Shown: piece by piece, positions 18,211 to 27,283 of the stretch
Layout: every line of letters begins with the position of its first letter
Position numbering within the stretch: the first letter of the stretch is position 1
Source: an uncultured Opitutales bacterium
GTDB taxonomy: Bacteria > Verrucomicrobiota > Verrucomicrobiia > Opitutales > CAYWEO01
Assembly (NCBI GenBank): GCA_964457855.1
Contig: CAYWEO010000006.1
Coordinates: 1 to 61,912, forward strand
DNA: 61,912 nt
Direction: 5' to 3'
Position numbers and translations under genes: made by a program
Notes under the pieces: generated by a model
Seen by the model: only the letters and a program-made list of their open reading frames with translations
What the model was told of the DNA's origin: nothing
Database searches by the model: none

Positions 18211-20742
18211 ATGCAGAAAAGTTTGTTTGGAAAGGTTTTCGGCAAGATTGTCTTGTCTTTTGCCATTGCCGTTTGGGCAGTCGTCAGTTTGTTTCCTATA
18301 AAGGATCGCCCGTTTGATACGTTTATTCAATCGAAAGTTCAGGTCGATAAGCCGGAATTTTCGAAGATTTTTGCAAGAGCAAAGGAGTCCGTTGAAAAAG
18401 GAAAGTATCAGACCGTTTTTGTGGCCTTAAAGAAAATGGGCGAAGAGGAGAAGATCGATTACGCGAAATTTTTCCCTCAGATTCCTCTTGCAGACGTCAA
18501 AAACATCGTCCGTAAGAACGACATTTTGTTGAATGAGCTGTTAAGCCTGTCAAAAAGTCGCTTGAAGCAGGGTCTCGATTTGCAAGGAGGGGTCTCCTTT
18601 ACGCTGGCGTTGGATCCAGAAACTATTAAAGAGGATAATCGTTTTCAACGGCAAAGCAAGATGCACCAGGCCATCGATGTGATTAATCGTCGCATCAACG
18701 CTTTAGGTGTTACCGAGCCCATCATCCGCGCAAAAGGCGATCATGAGATAGAGGTGCAATTGCCGGGGGTTTCGACGCAAGAAAATCCGGAAATCGTGAG
18801 TGTTTTAAAGAAACCCGCGAAATTAGCTTTTCGTTTGGTGCATCCAACGTTGCAGCCGGGTAGGATTGCGAAAATCATGTATCCGCCTGGTTATGAAGTC
18901 CTTAACTTGACACGTGAGGACAAAACTGGGGCGATTATTGAAATACCCACGTTTGTGAAACGGCTTCCCGAAATGACCGGCAAAGGTGTCAAGAGTGCGC
19001 GTGTCGTCATCAATCCCTACGGTGGATATGAAGTGTCATTAACCTTCACAGATCATGGCACGCAAGCGTTTGCAGAAATTACAAAAAAGAATCTCCATCG
19101 TCAATTAGGCATCGTTTTGGATGGGAAATTATATTCGGATCCTGTGATCCAGTCCGAAATTACCAATGGGCATGCAAGCATTTCCGGAACATTTTCTCAA
19201 CGCGAGGCGATAGAATTGGCAAACGTTCTGAATAATCCCCTCGAGTTTGAGTTGCAGTTAAGAGAGATGTGCGAAGTGGGTCCTTCGTTGGCCAGCGACG
19301 CCCGTCACAGCGCGATCAATGCGTCCATATTAGGAGCCGGCGCGGTCATCGTTTTCATGATTGCTTATTACGCTGTTCCAGGAGTGATTGCGGTGGTCTC
19401 TGTTTTGCTTAACATCTTGATTGTGTTGGGCATTTTGATAGGTATCGGGGCCACAATGACGTTGCCGGGCGTCGCGGCGTTGGTGCTGACGGTCGGCATG
19501 GGAGTGGACTCCAATATTCTGATTTTCGAGCGCATGAAGGAGGAGTTGAAGCTTGGGAAAAGCCTTCCCGCGGCGTTATTGGCGGGCCACGAGCGAGCTT
19601 TTGCGACGATTTTGGATGCGAACCTAACGACACTATTGACGGCAGGAATTCTGATTTGGTTCGGAACGGGACCGATTAAAGGATTCGGTGTCGTGTTGGC
19701 GATTGGTATTTTTGCAACGATGTTTTGCGCTCTTGTCGTGAGTCGCGTGATTTTGGAGTGCCTTATCTATACAAATACGTTAAAAAATGCGTTCAAGTTC
19801 TGTTTATTTAAAGAAACGAAAATCAATTTTCTCAAGTATCAGAAGCCAGCCTTTTGGGGTTCCATTTTGATCGTTATTATCGGGCTTTTGAGTGTTTGGT
19901 TCAAAGGCGATAAGATTTACAGCATCGATTTCCTCGGTGGCGACGAAATGACCGTGGAATTTGTTAAAAAGTTGGACATCGGTCAAATTGAGCGTGTCGC
20001 GAAAGAAAAGAATTTAGGAGAAGTGATGCCCGTGTACCAAAAGTTGTTGGGGCAGAACAAGGAAATTTTAAAAATCCAGATCCAGGGAGGCAATAGCCGA
20101 ATCGTGATGGACGCCTTGAAAACTGCTTATCCGGAAGCTCAATTGAAGCTCGTCGGCGAGACTTCCATTGGAGCGACTGTTGGTTCACATGTCAAATGGA
20201 ACGCCTTCTGGTCCATTATTTTAGCGCTTCTGGGGATTTTAATTTACGTGGCTGTTCGATTTGAGATTGGTTACGGCATTGGAGCGATGATTTCCACGAT
20301 ACACGACGTTTTGATGACCATCGGTCTTTACGTCTTGATGGGGAAGCAGTTCAGTGCGCCCATGGTGGCGGCGGTCTTGATGATCATCGGGTACTCGATT
20401 AATGACACCATTGTCGTCTTTGACCGAATTCGCGAGGAGTTGCAGGTCAATCCGTTTATGAAGCTGGGGGATGTCATCAATTTGTCGGTCAATCGGACGC
20501 TTTCTCGAACGATTTTGACCAGCACGACGACGTTGATTAGCGCTTTGGGCCTGTATTTCTTCGGTTCAGGGGCGATCGAGGACTACGCGCTCATCTTCGT
20601 GATCGGCATCATTACCGGAACTTTTTCCTCCATTTTTATTGCGAGTCCTATCTTCTTTTGGTGGCACAAGGGGGAACGCCGCCACGTTGAAGAAAAGCAC
20701 GATCTTTTGCCGAAATACGAATGGGATGCGGGCAACAAATGA
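18211..20742 (+). CDS. secDF: Fused protein-export membrane protein SecD/SecF
   Basis: Has the periplasmic P1 domain (LGLDLQGGV) and two 6-TM blocks, with a SecF-like second half (IYSIDFLGG). Confidence 0.9.
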   Translation: MQKSLFGKVFGKIVLSFAIAVWAVVSLFPIKDRPFDTFIQSKVQVDKPEFSKIFARAKESVEKGKYQTVFVALKKMGEEEKIDYAKFFPQIPLADVKNIVRKNDILLNELLSLSKSRLKQGLDLQGGVSFTLALDPETIKEDNRFQRQSKMHQAIDVINRRINALGVTEPIIRAKGDHEIEVQLPGVSTQENPEIVSVLKKPAKLAFRLVHPTLQPGRIAKIMYPPGYEVLNLTREDKTGAIIEIPTFVKRLPEMTGKGVKSARVVINPYGGYEVSLTFTDHGTQAFAEITKKNLHRQLGIVLDGKLYSDPVIQSEITNGHASISGTFSQREAIELANVLNNPLEFELQLREMCEVGPSLASDARHSAINASILGAGAVIVFMIAYYAVPGVIAVVSVLLNILIVLGILIGIGATMTLPGVAALVLTVGMGVDSNILIFERMKEELKLGKSLPAALLAGHERAFATILDANLTTLLTAGILIWFGTGPIKGFGVVLAIGIFATMFCALVVSRVILECLIYTNTLKNAFKFCLFKETKINFLKYQKPAFWGSILIVIIGLLSVWFKGDKIYSIDFLGGDEMTVEFVKKLDIGQIERVAKEKNLGEVMPVYQKLLGQNKEILKIQIQGGNSRIVMDALKTAYPEAQLKLVGETSIGATVGSHVKWNAFWSIILALLGILIYVAVRFEIGYGIGAMISTIHDVLMTIGLYVLMGKQFSAPMVAAVLMIIGYSINDTIVVFDRIREELQVNPFMKLGDVINLSVNRTLSRTILTSTTTLISALGLYFFGSGAIEDYALIFVIGIITGTFSSIFIASPIFFWWHKGERRHVEEKHDLLPKYEWDAGNK

Positions 20743-20812
20743 GGCGTCGTTTGAATCGTTGTAGCGTTTGCTTTTGGCGGCCGATAGTGCTTCATTTTCA
20801 AGGGGTTAGCGT

Positions 20813-22528
20813 ATGAAATGGGTTTGTCGGCAAGTTTCCGAGACGGCGGTTAAGGCTTTGCAAGAGGCTCTCTCGATTTCGGAGACCCTCGCGTGTCTCT
20901 TGGTCGAAAATTCGATTACGGATCCCGAGGAAGCCGCTTCATTTTTGAATCCCCGTTTGGCGTATTTAAAGGATCCCCTCATCATTCATGGCCTTTCGGA
21001 AGTCGTTGATCGCCTATTTCAGGCGCGCGAAAAGAAGGAAAAAGTCGTTGTTCTTGGCGATTATGACGTCGACGGTTTGACGAGCGTTGCGCTAATGACG
21101 CTTATTTTGCGCCAGCTGGACATCGATGTTACGTATTTTGTTCCCAATCGTTTTGATGACGGTTATGGCTTATCGCGCTCGGTTGTAGAGAAAATCCTTA
21201 AAGAAATGGTTCCCAACGTCTTCATTGCGCTGGATTGCGGGACGAATTCTTTGAGCGAAATCGAATTATTGCAACGTCACAATGTCGATGTCATTGTCGT
21301 CGATCATCATAGCAACAGTTGCGGAGAATTACCGAAGTGCTTGATAGTCAATCCACACGCGTATCCCGACATCGACACCGCAGATGCACGTAGATTGTGT
21401 TCCGTCGGTCTCGTGTTCAAGTTGGCTCATGGGATTTTAAAGAAGCTGAAAACGATCAACCCCGAGTTGGCTTATCGCATAAAATTGAGGGAATATTTGG
21501 ATCTCGTTGCCATGGGTACCGTTGCGGATCTCGTTCCCTTGCAAGGAGATAACAGGATTTTGACAAAGTTCGGCCTCGAGCTGCTTCCCGAAAGTCATTT
21601 GCCCGGCGTAAAAGCTCTCATCAAGGTGGCCGGTCTGCAGGACGGTCAGAAATTGATACCGGGCGACATTTCCTTTAAATTGGCGCCAAGAATCAACGTC
21701 AGCGGTCGGATTTCTGATGCGCATCTTCCGCTAAAAATGCTTCTGAGTGAGCAGTTTAGCGAAGCGTTTGGATGGGCTAAGGAGTTGGATATTTTGAACA
21801 AGAAGCGGCAATTCATTGAGCAGCAAATCGTTGAAGAAGCTTTGGGCATGATTGACCTGAAAGACATTCCCGCGGGTGTCGTTTTGTACTCGGAAAAATG
21901 GCATTCCGGCGTCGTAGGCATTGTTGCCGGCAAATTAGCCAAGCAATTCAACCGCCCAGTAGTCATTCTTGGCAGAGAGGGACACGTCGTCAAAGGGTCT
22001 GCGCGAGGGACCGGATTGTTCAATTTGGTCGGTATTTTGACCAAATGCAAGGATTTGCTCGAAACGTGGGGTGGGCATCCGCAAGCCGTTGGAGTGTCGC
22101 TACTTCCGGAGAATTTGGAGGCTTTTCGAGCGCAGTTCAGTCTCGCAGTCACCAAGCAGGGCGGTACTTCTGAACATACAGACATTGAGCTGCCGATTTC
22201 CCGCACGCTTTCTGTCGATGACGTTACCATGCAACTTTTCGACGAAATGGAAGTCATGCAACCCTTCGGCATTGGCAATCCGCAACCCGTTTTCGTCATT
22301 GAACACGTCATTTTACAGAAACCCGTCGAACTCTTCGGCGAAAATCGCGAACACGTCCGCTTTAAACTCAGCCTACCTGCAAGCGAATCCACTGGCGTCG
22401 TTGGCTGGAGGTTGCGTGACCCCTCCCTCCCCATCCACCAACCCGTCAGCCTAGCCGTCAAACTCTCCTGGAATTACTGGAACAGCCGCCGCTACCCGCA
22501 GCTAGAACTACTCGACTGGGCGCCGTAG
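20813..22528 (+). CDS. recJ: Single-stranded-DNA-specific exonuclease RecJ
   Basis: Carries the DHH motifs GDYDVDGLTS, DCG and VVDHH plus a DHHA1 region. The last three codons and the stop lie in the outer stem of L6. Confidence 0.9.
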   Translation: MKWVCRQVSETAVKALQEALSISETLACLLVENSITDPEEAASFLNPRLAYLKDPLIIHGLSEVVDRLFQAREKKEKVVVLGDYDVDGLTSVALMTLILRQLDIDVTYFVPNRFDDGYGLSRSVVEKILKEMVPNVFIALDCGTNSLSEIELLQRHNVDVIVVDHHSNSCGELPKCLIVNPHAYPDIDTADARRLCSVGLVFKLAHGILKKLKTINPELAYRIKLREYLDLVAMGTVADLVPLQGDNRILTKFGLELLPESHLPGVKALIKVAGLQDGQKLIPGDISFKLAPRINVSGRISDAHLPLKMLLSEQFSEAFGWAKELDILNKKRQFIEQQIVEEALGMIDLKDIPAGVVLYSEKWHSGVVGIVAGKLAKQFNRPVVILGREGHVVKGSARGTGLFNLVGILTKCKDLLETWGGHPQAVGVSLLPENLEAFRAQFSLAVTKQGGTSEHTDIELPISRTLSVDDVTMQLFDEMEVMQPFGIGNPQPVFVIEHVILQKPVELFGENREHVRFKLSLPASESTGVVGWRLRDPSLPIHQPVSLAVKLSWNYWNSRRYPQLELLDWAP

Positions 22529-22648
22529 TGATTTCGAGCGCTAGGGTTCCGTTACAAAAAGAATTTAATCCCATCACGTACTACAGTACGCTCAGGAATT
22601 AAATTTTTTTGTAGCCGTCCCTATCATCTCGAACTGACTACGGCGCCC
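22518..22648 (+). repeat. L element copy L6 (subfamily LA)
   Basis: Sequence by helix: GGGCGCCGTAGTGATTTCGAG-CGC-TAGGG-TTCCG-TTACA...CC-ATCA-CGTAC-TACA-GTACG-CTCA-GG...TGTAG-CCGT-CCCTA-TCAT-CTCGAACTGACTACGGCGCCC. Confidence 0.92.
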
Positions 22649-22676
22649 AATCGAGTAAAGGTTACGAAACAACACC

Positions 22677-22783
22677 TAGGAAGGCATTTTGCGGGCACGA
22701 AGTGCCAAAAAATGCCTTCCGAATAAGAGTTTTTTTGGAAAGGGTCCGGGAAAACCAATTTTTGCAAAAAATGGTTTTCCCGG
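22677..22783 (-). repeat. Partial tripartite mosaic (H2-H1 on the + strand)
   Basis: H2 lies at 22677-22722, followed by the linker ATAAGAGTTTTTTTGGAAAGGGT and H1 at 22746-22783. Confidence 0.88.
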
Positions 22784-22811
22784 TTACAACTCTTATGTTA
22801 TACTACCGATC

Positions 22812-25253
22812 ATGTTAAGCAAAGCTTGGTGGACGGGGTGGGGTGGTGGGATGGTGTGTTTGGAGGCGGATTGTGAGGGGGCGTTGCCGTGTTTTTCGTT
22901 GGGGGATGGCGGTGAGGTGGTTGAGGTTAAGCGAGCGGATCCGTGGGAGTTTGGGGCGCATGGGGGGTGTTTTATTGAGGGTAAGGATGTTTATTTCACG
23001 CTGAGTCGTGGGAATTTCCCCGAGTTGGTGGGGATTTCGGGATCTGGGAATGAAGGGGATGCGGACGCGTTTTACGTGGCAGGAAATTTCAATGATTGGG
23101 GGGCAGCCGTTGGGAAAGGCGAATGGAGGTTGATGCCAAAGGAAGTCAATGGGCGGCAATATCTGGCGTTGCGTGTGCCGGTGGAAAATCTTTTAAAATT
23201 TGGCGATGGAGTGAATTTTAAATTCGTGTCTGAGAGGTATTGTTGGTTAAATGCTCCGGAGGGGGGGGCGAATGGCGTAGCAGATGGCTTGGGAGGTCGC
23301 AATTTTCATCTCAGTTTTCGAAGAAGCGGGCGTCATGCGTTCAAATTTGAGGTTCAGTCGCCCGTTGATATCTGGGCAGAGCAGCGGCTCGTTTTGCATA
23401 GGAATGATGGTATAACTGAGTCTTTAGTCATTGATTATGAGCGATTTTTGCTCTCATTGCGGTCGTCAAAGCCATTGGGAGCAATCGTTGAAGGAGATCA
23501 AACAACATTCCGGCTGTTTGCGCCGAGAGCGGAGCGGGTGGGCGTTGCAGTTTTTAAGGTAGCGGAAACGGAAAGCGACCGAATTGAACTTCCATTGCAG
23601 CGTTCCGAAGACGGTGTTTGGGAGGGAAAGTATCCCAAAAATCTTGACGGATTCCGCTATTATTACACTGTCACAAGTGCTTGCAAGGGAGTGGATTCGC
23701 ATTTTGATGATCGGGTGAAAATTCTGGATCCCTACGCCCTAGCAACCGTGAGCCGTGAGGGGCCTGGAATCATTTTGGATTCGAAAAAGTTCCAAAATTT
23801 TGAGCAAAACGATCCCTTCGTTTCGCCAGCCTTACAGGATCTGGTTATAATGGAGTGCCACGTGCGCGATTTGTTGAATAAAGTGCCGGATTTGGCCGAT
23901 TCTGAGCGCCTGGGGTTTGTGGGACTGACGCGCTGGTTACGGTCATCAAGTACTTGCTATCTTTCGAACCTGGGTATCAATGCCGTTGAGCTGCAGCCAC
24001 TTCAGGATTTTGACAGCGTCAGCAGGGACACATACCATTGGGGTTACATGCCGATCAATTACTTTTGTCCGGCAAGGGATTACGCGACGCAGCCCGAAAA
24101 AGTGTCGCAAATCGTTGAATTGCAAGACTGTGTGAAGGCCTTCCATGAGCGAGGAATCGCCGTGATCGTGGATGTCGTTTACAACCACGTTGGAGATCCC
24201 AAACCACTGTTATGCATCGATAAGCGGTACTATTTTCATTGCATGCCAGAGGGGAAATTGACGAATTGGAGTGGCTGCGGCAACGACTTACGGACGCAGT
24301 CCCCCATGGTGCGTCGGTTGATTTTGGATAGCCTCCTCTATTGGGTAAAAACATTCCATGTGGACGGATTTCGTTTCGATTTGGCAGAGCTTTTAGGGAA
24401 AGAGCTTTTGTGCGAGATCGAGCGCGAGTTGCGAAAAGTAAGGCCTGGGATCATTTTGATCGCCGAACCCTGGAGTTTTCGTGCACACATGGGGATTTCG
24501 TTAAAAGATACTGAATTTTCCGTTTGGAACGACGGCTATCGCGATTTTGTCGCTCAATATGTCTGCGAAAAAGGGAATTCTGCCGGAATCCAATACTTTT
24601 TAGGTGGTTCCATCAAGCACTTAACGCGTTTCCCGACCCAAACGATCAACTACACCGAATCGCACGATGACCGCTGCTGGATCGACAAAATGACCGAGCG
24701 CTCTCACAATCGTGGAGACGCCTGGACAAAGCTGGATCGCCAGCGTACACACCTCATGTTCTCGATTTTATTCGCGTCGCTCGGCATTCCCATGATCGCC
24801 GCTGGTCAAGATTTCCTCAAATCCAAACACGGTGTCTCCAATACCTACCAAAACGGTGCACTCAACGCGCTCGACTACCTGCAAATTTTCCAATGCCCCT
24901 CCACTCACGACTACGTAAAAAATTGGATCGCGTTCCGTAAGTCGCTAATAGGTGGTCTTTTGCGCCTAGACAAACGCCCTTCAGATGGCTACCTAACGTT
25001 CTTCGAAGTCCCCGGAAAATCCTCCATCGGCGCCCTCTTTAACGCCGATCACTCTCTCGGCCCCCAACAAATCCTTTACGCCGTCAACCCTCACCACCAG
25101 GCCGTCTCTCTCCACCTCCCCGGCATCAATCCCGCAAACTTCACCCAAATCGCTGACCACGAACACTTCTCTCCAACAACCCCCTTCCCCTGGACGGCAG
25201 GTGCGTTGCACCTGCCGCCCGTCTCCTGCGGCCTGTTGACAAGGGTTTTATAA
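22812..25253 (+). CDS. GH13 alpha-1,6-glucosidase (pullulanase or glycogen-debranching type)
   Basis: Carries the GH13 regions DVVYNHV, GFRFDLA, AEPW and YTESHDD. The start was trimmed to the ATG at 22812 because upstream codons only read through H2/H1. Confidence 0.85.
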   Translation: MLSKAWWTGWGGGMVCLEADCEGALPCFSLGDGGEVVEVKRADPWEFGAHGGCFIEGKDVYFTLSRGNFPELVGISGSGNEGDADAFYVAGNFNDWGAAVGKGEWRLMPKEVNGRQYLALRVPVENLLKFGDGVNFKFVSERYCWLNAPEGGANGVADGLGGRNFHLSFRRSGRHAFKFEVQSPVDIWAEQRLVLHRNDGITESLVIDYERFLLSLRSSKPLGAIVEGDQTTFRLFAPRAERVGVAVFKVAETESDRIELPLQRSEDGVWEGKYPKNLDGFRYYYTVTSACKGVDSHFDDRVKILDPYALATVSREGPGIILDSKKFQNFEQNDPFVSPALQDLVIMECHVRDLLNKVPDLADSERLGFVGLTRWLRSSSTCYLSNLGINAVELQPLQDFDSVSRDTYHWGYMPINYFCPARDYATQPEKVSQIVELQDCVKAFHERGIAVIVDVVYNHVGDPKPLLCIDKRYYFHCMPEGKLTNWSGCGNDLRTQSPMVRRLILDSLLYWVKTFHVDGFRFDLAELLGKELLCEIERELRKVRPGIILIAEPWSFRAHMGISLKDTEFSVWNDGYRDFVAQYVCEKGNSAGIQYFLGGSIKHLTRFPTQTINYTESHDDRCWIDKMTERSHNRGDAWTKLDRQRTHLMFSILFASLGIPMIAAGQDFLKSKHGVSNTYQNGALNALDYLQIFQCPSTHDYVKNWIAFRKSLIGGLLRLDKRPSDGYLTFFEVPGKSSIGALFNADHSLGPQQILYAVNPHHQAVSLHLPGINPANFTQIADHEHFSPTTPFPWTAGALHLPPVSCGLLTRVL

Positions 25254-25256
25254 ATA

Positions 25257-25452
25257 TTCGGAAACTTTTCTTTTCAGAAGAAAAGAAGAAGTTTCCGAAC
25301 CTTCAAAAGAAAAGTCATATCGGAAGGCATTTTTTGGCACTCCGTGCCATAAAAATGCCTTCCGAACGAGAGTTTTTAAGGGGGAGGCCCGGAGGGGGTG
25401 CTTTTTGCAAAAAACACCCCCTCAGGGAAAAAGCACTTTGGCCCCCCTCCGG
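25257..25452 (-). repeat. Complete tripartite mosaic (H3-H2-H1) plus an extra H1 arm fragment
   Basis: H3 lies at 25257-25299, H2 at 25320-25365 and H1 at 25389-25426. An additional CCCCCCTCCGG arm lies at 25442-25452. Confidence 0.9.
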
Positions 25453-25515
25453 AAATAACCCAAACAAAGCTATTGTTTTTTGTGCGACAAACGTTAGATT
25501 GCTTTTACAGAGAAC

Positions 25516-26511
25516 ATGAGCCATCGATTTGCCATAGAGGTTTGCAATTTAACGAAGCGTTACGGTTCATTTAAGGCGATTGATGATTTGTCGTTTGCGA
25601 TTGAGCGTGGGGAGGTTGTGGGGTTCTTGGGGCCGAACGGGGCAGGGAAGAGCACGACATTGCGGATTTTAACGGGGTTGTTGGCGGCGTCATCGGGATC
25701 GGCGTCTGTTGCTGGGATATCGGTTGCGCGGTTTCCCGAGAGGGTAAAAGAGAGGGTGGGGTACCTCCCAGAGAATAACCCCTTGCCGGACAACATGAAA
25801 GTGATGGAGTACCTGCAATTTCGGGCCGCCTTGAAGGGGATTGCGAAGAAACGCATCAAGTCACGGGTGGAAAAAGTGTTAGAGCTTTGCGATTTGCATC
25901 GGAAGGCCTCAACGAAGCTGATTGGAACGTTGTCGAAGGGGTATCGACAGCGAGTGGGGATTGCGGAAGCGATTTTGGCCGAGCCAGAGGTGTTGATATT
26001 GGACGAGCCGACAATCGGGCTGGACCCTCATCAAATCATTGGTATGCGGCAGCTGATTGATCATTTACGCGGCAAAATGACGATGCTTTTTTCGAGTCAT
26101 ATCTTATCGGAAATCGAAGCAACGTGCTCGTCAATGATCATTATCCATCAAGGAAAAATCGTTGCGGACGGGAAACTGGAGGATTTACGTAAGCAGTTGG
26201 CGCCGAAGCAGAAGTGGCGTATGGTGGTTCCTACGGAATGTACTTCCATCGCGGAACAAACCCTTGAGAAAAATAACTGTAGTGTGTTCGATAAGAAGAC
26301 GTTAGAGGGAGCATCAGTGGAATTTCTCTTTGCGCCTAAGGAGACAGACGTGGATACTGGAAAATCGTTGGATGCTTGTGCTTTGTACAAAGAATTTTTG
26401 CAGAATCCCGGCATGCGTATCGAGGAGTGGGGGGTAGTCAGACCTAATTTGGAGTCGATTTTTCTTGAAGCGACGCAAGTTTATTGGAAAAAGGAGTTAG
26501 AGCTTCGTTAA
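25516..26511 (+). CDS. ABC transporter ATP-binding protein (ABC-2/GldA-like)
   Basis: Carries Walker A GPNGAGKST, the signature LSKGYRQR and Walker B LILDEP. Confidence 0.9.
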   Translation: MSHRFAIEVCNLTKRYGSFKAIDDLSFAIERGEVVGFLGPNGAGKSTTLRILTGLLAASSGSASVAGISVARFPERVKERVGYLPENNPLPDNMKVMEYLQFRAALKGIAKKRIKSRVEKVLELCDLHRKASTKLIGTLSKGYRQRVGIAEAILAEPEVLILDEPTIGLDPHQIIGMRQLIDHLRGKMTMLFSSHILSEIEATCSSMIIIHQGKIVADGKLEDLRKQLAPKQKWRMVVPTECTSIAEQTLEKNNCSVFDKKTLEGASVEFLFAPKETDVDTGKSLDACALYKEFLQNPGMRIEEWGVVRPNLESIFLEATQVYWKKELELR

Positions 26512-26536
26512 CGGCTTTTATGGGAATTTTTTTGCG

Positions 26537-27283
26537 ATGAGAGTTTTTTGGACATTGTGCAAACACGAGATGAAAAGCGTGCTGTTGAGTCCCGCATTTT
26601 ACGTGACGACGATGCTGTTCCTGTTGCTCATGGGTGGGTCTTACCTGTTGATTTTGATGGACTTTCTTGGGCATGAACAAGATGTTTTGCCGTCGATTGT
26701 GTTTTTTAAGTTTTTTTGGCTGCCACTGTTTTTCATGATTCCTCTTTTGACGATGCGGAGCTTTGCCGAGAGCAAGCAGTTGGGCATTTTGGAGTCTTTG
26801 CGGGCGACTCCCGCGTCGATGGGGGGGATCGTTTGGGCAAAATTCCTTTCTGCGTACGTATTTTACCTGTTTTTATGGGGGTTAACGCTCACATTTCCGT
26901 TTATCGTCAAATATTCCTTATCGACGGGCGCTGTGGATTCGCGCATCCTTGACGTAGGGTCTTGGGCCGGAGGATTTTTGTTTATCGCACTGAGCGGATT
27001 CTCCTTTATCGCGCTGGGCATTTTTACGAGTAGTTTAACGAAAAGTCAGCTGATTGCTGGGATTTTGTGCTTCTGTTTCCTCTTTGTGATTGTGGTTGGA
27101 GGGCGTGCATTGGTCGAGTGGCCCTTAATTCCAAACGGCGACATGCAGGGCTATTTTCAGGTATTTGACCATTTGGACGAGTTTAGTCGTGGGATGATCG
27201 ACACGCGTCCGTTTGTATTTTACATCAGTTTGGGCGTGTTGATTCTTCAGACAACAACAATTCTTTTGGAGGCCAATGATTAA
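26537..27283 (+). CDS. ABC-2 type permease (GldF-like)
   Basis: A six-TM protein lying immediately after the ATPase. Confidence 0.75.
   Translation: MRVFWTLCKHEMKSVLLSPAFYVTTMLFLLLMGGSYLLILMDFLGHEQDVLPSIVFFKFFWLPLFFMIPLLTMRSFAESKQLGILESLRATPASMGGIVWAKFLSAYVFYLFLWGLTLTFPFIVKYSLSTGAVDSRILDVGSWAGGFLFIALSGFSFIALGIFTSSLTKSQLIAGILCFCFLFVIVVGGRALVEWPLIPNGDMQGYFQVFDHLDEFSRGMIDTRPFVFYISLGVLILQTTTILLEAND

Noticed and set aside
22518-22648. An integron attC site or cassette array as the identity of the L elements.
   Set aside because: There are no RYYYAAC/GTTRRRY core sites, no integrase, and no tandem cassette organisation. The copies lie between unrelated housekeeping genes.
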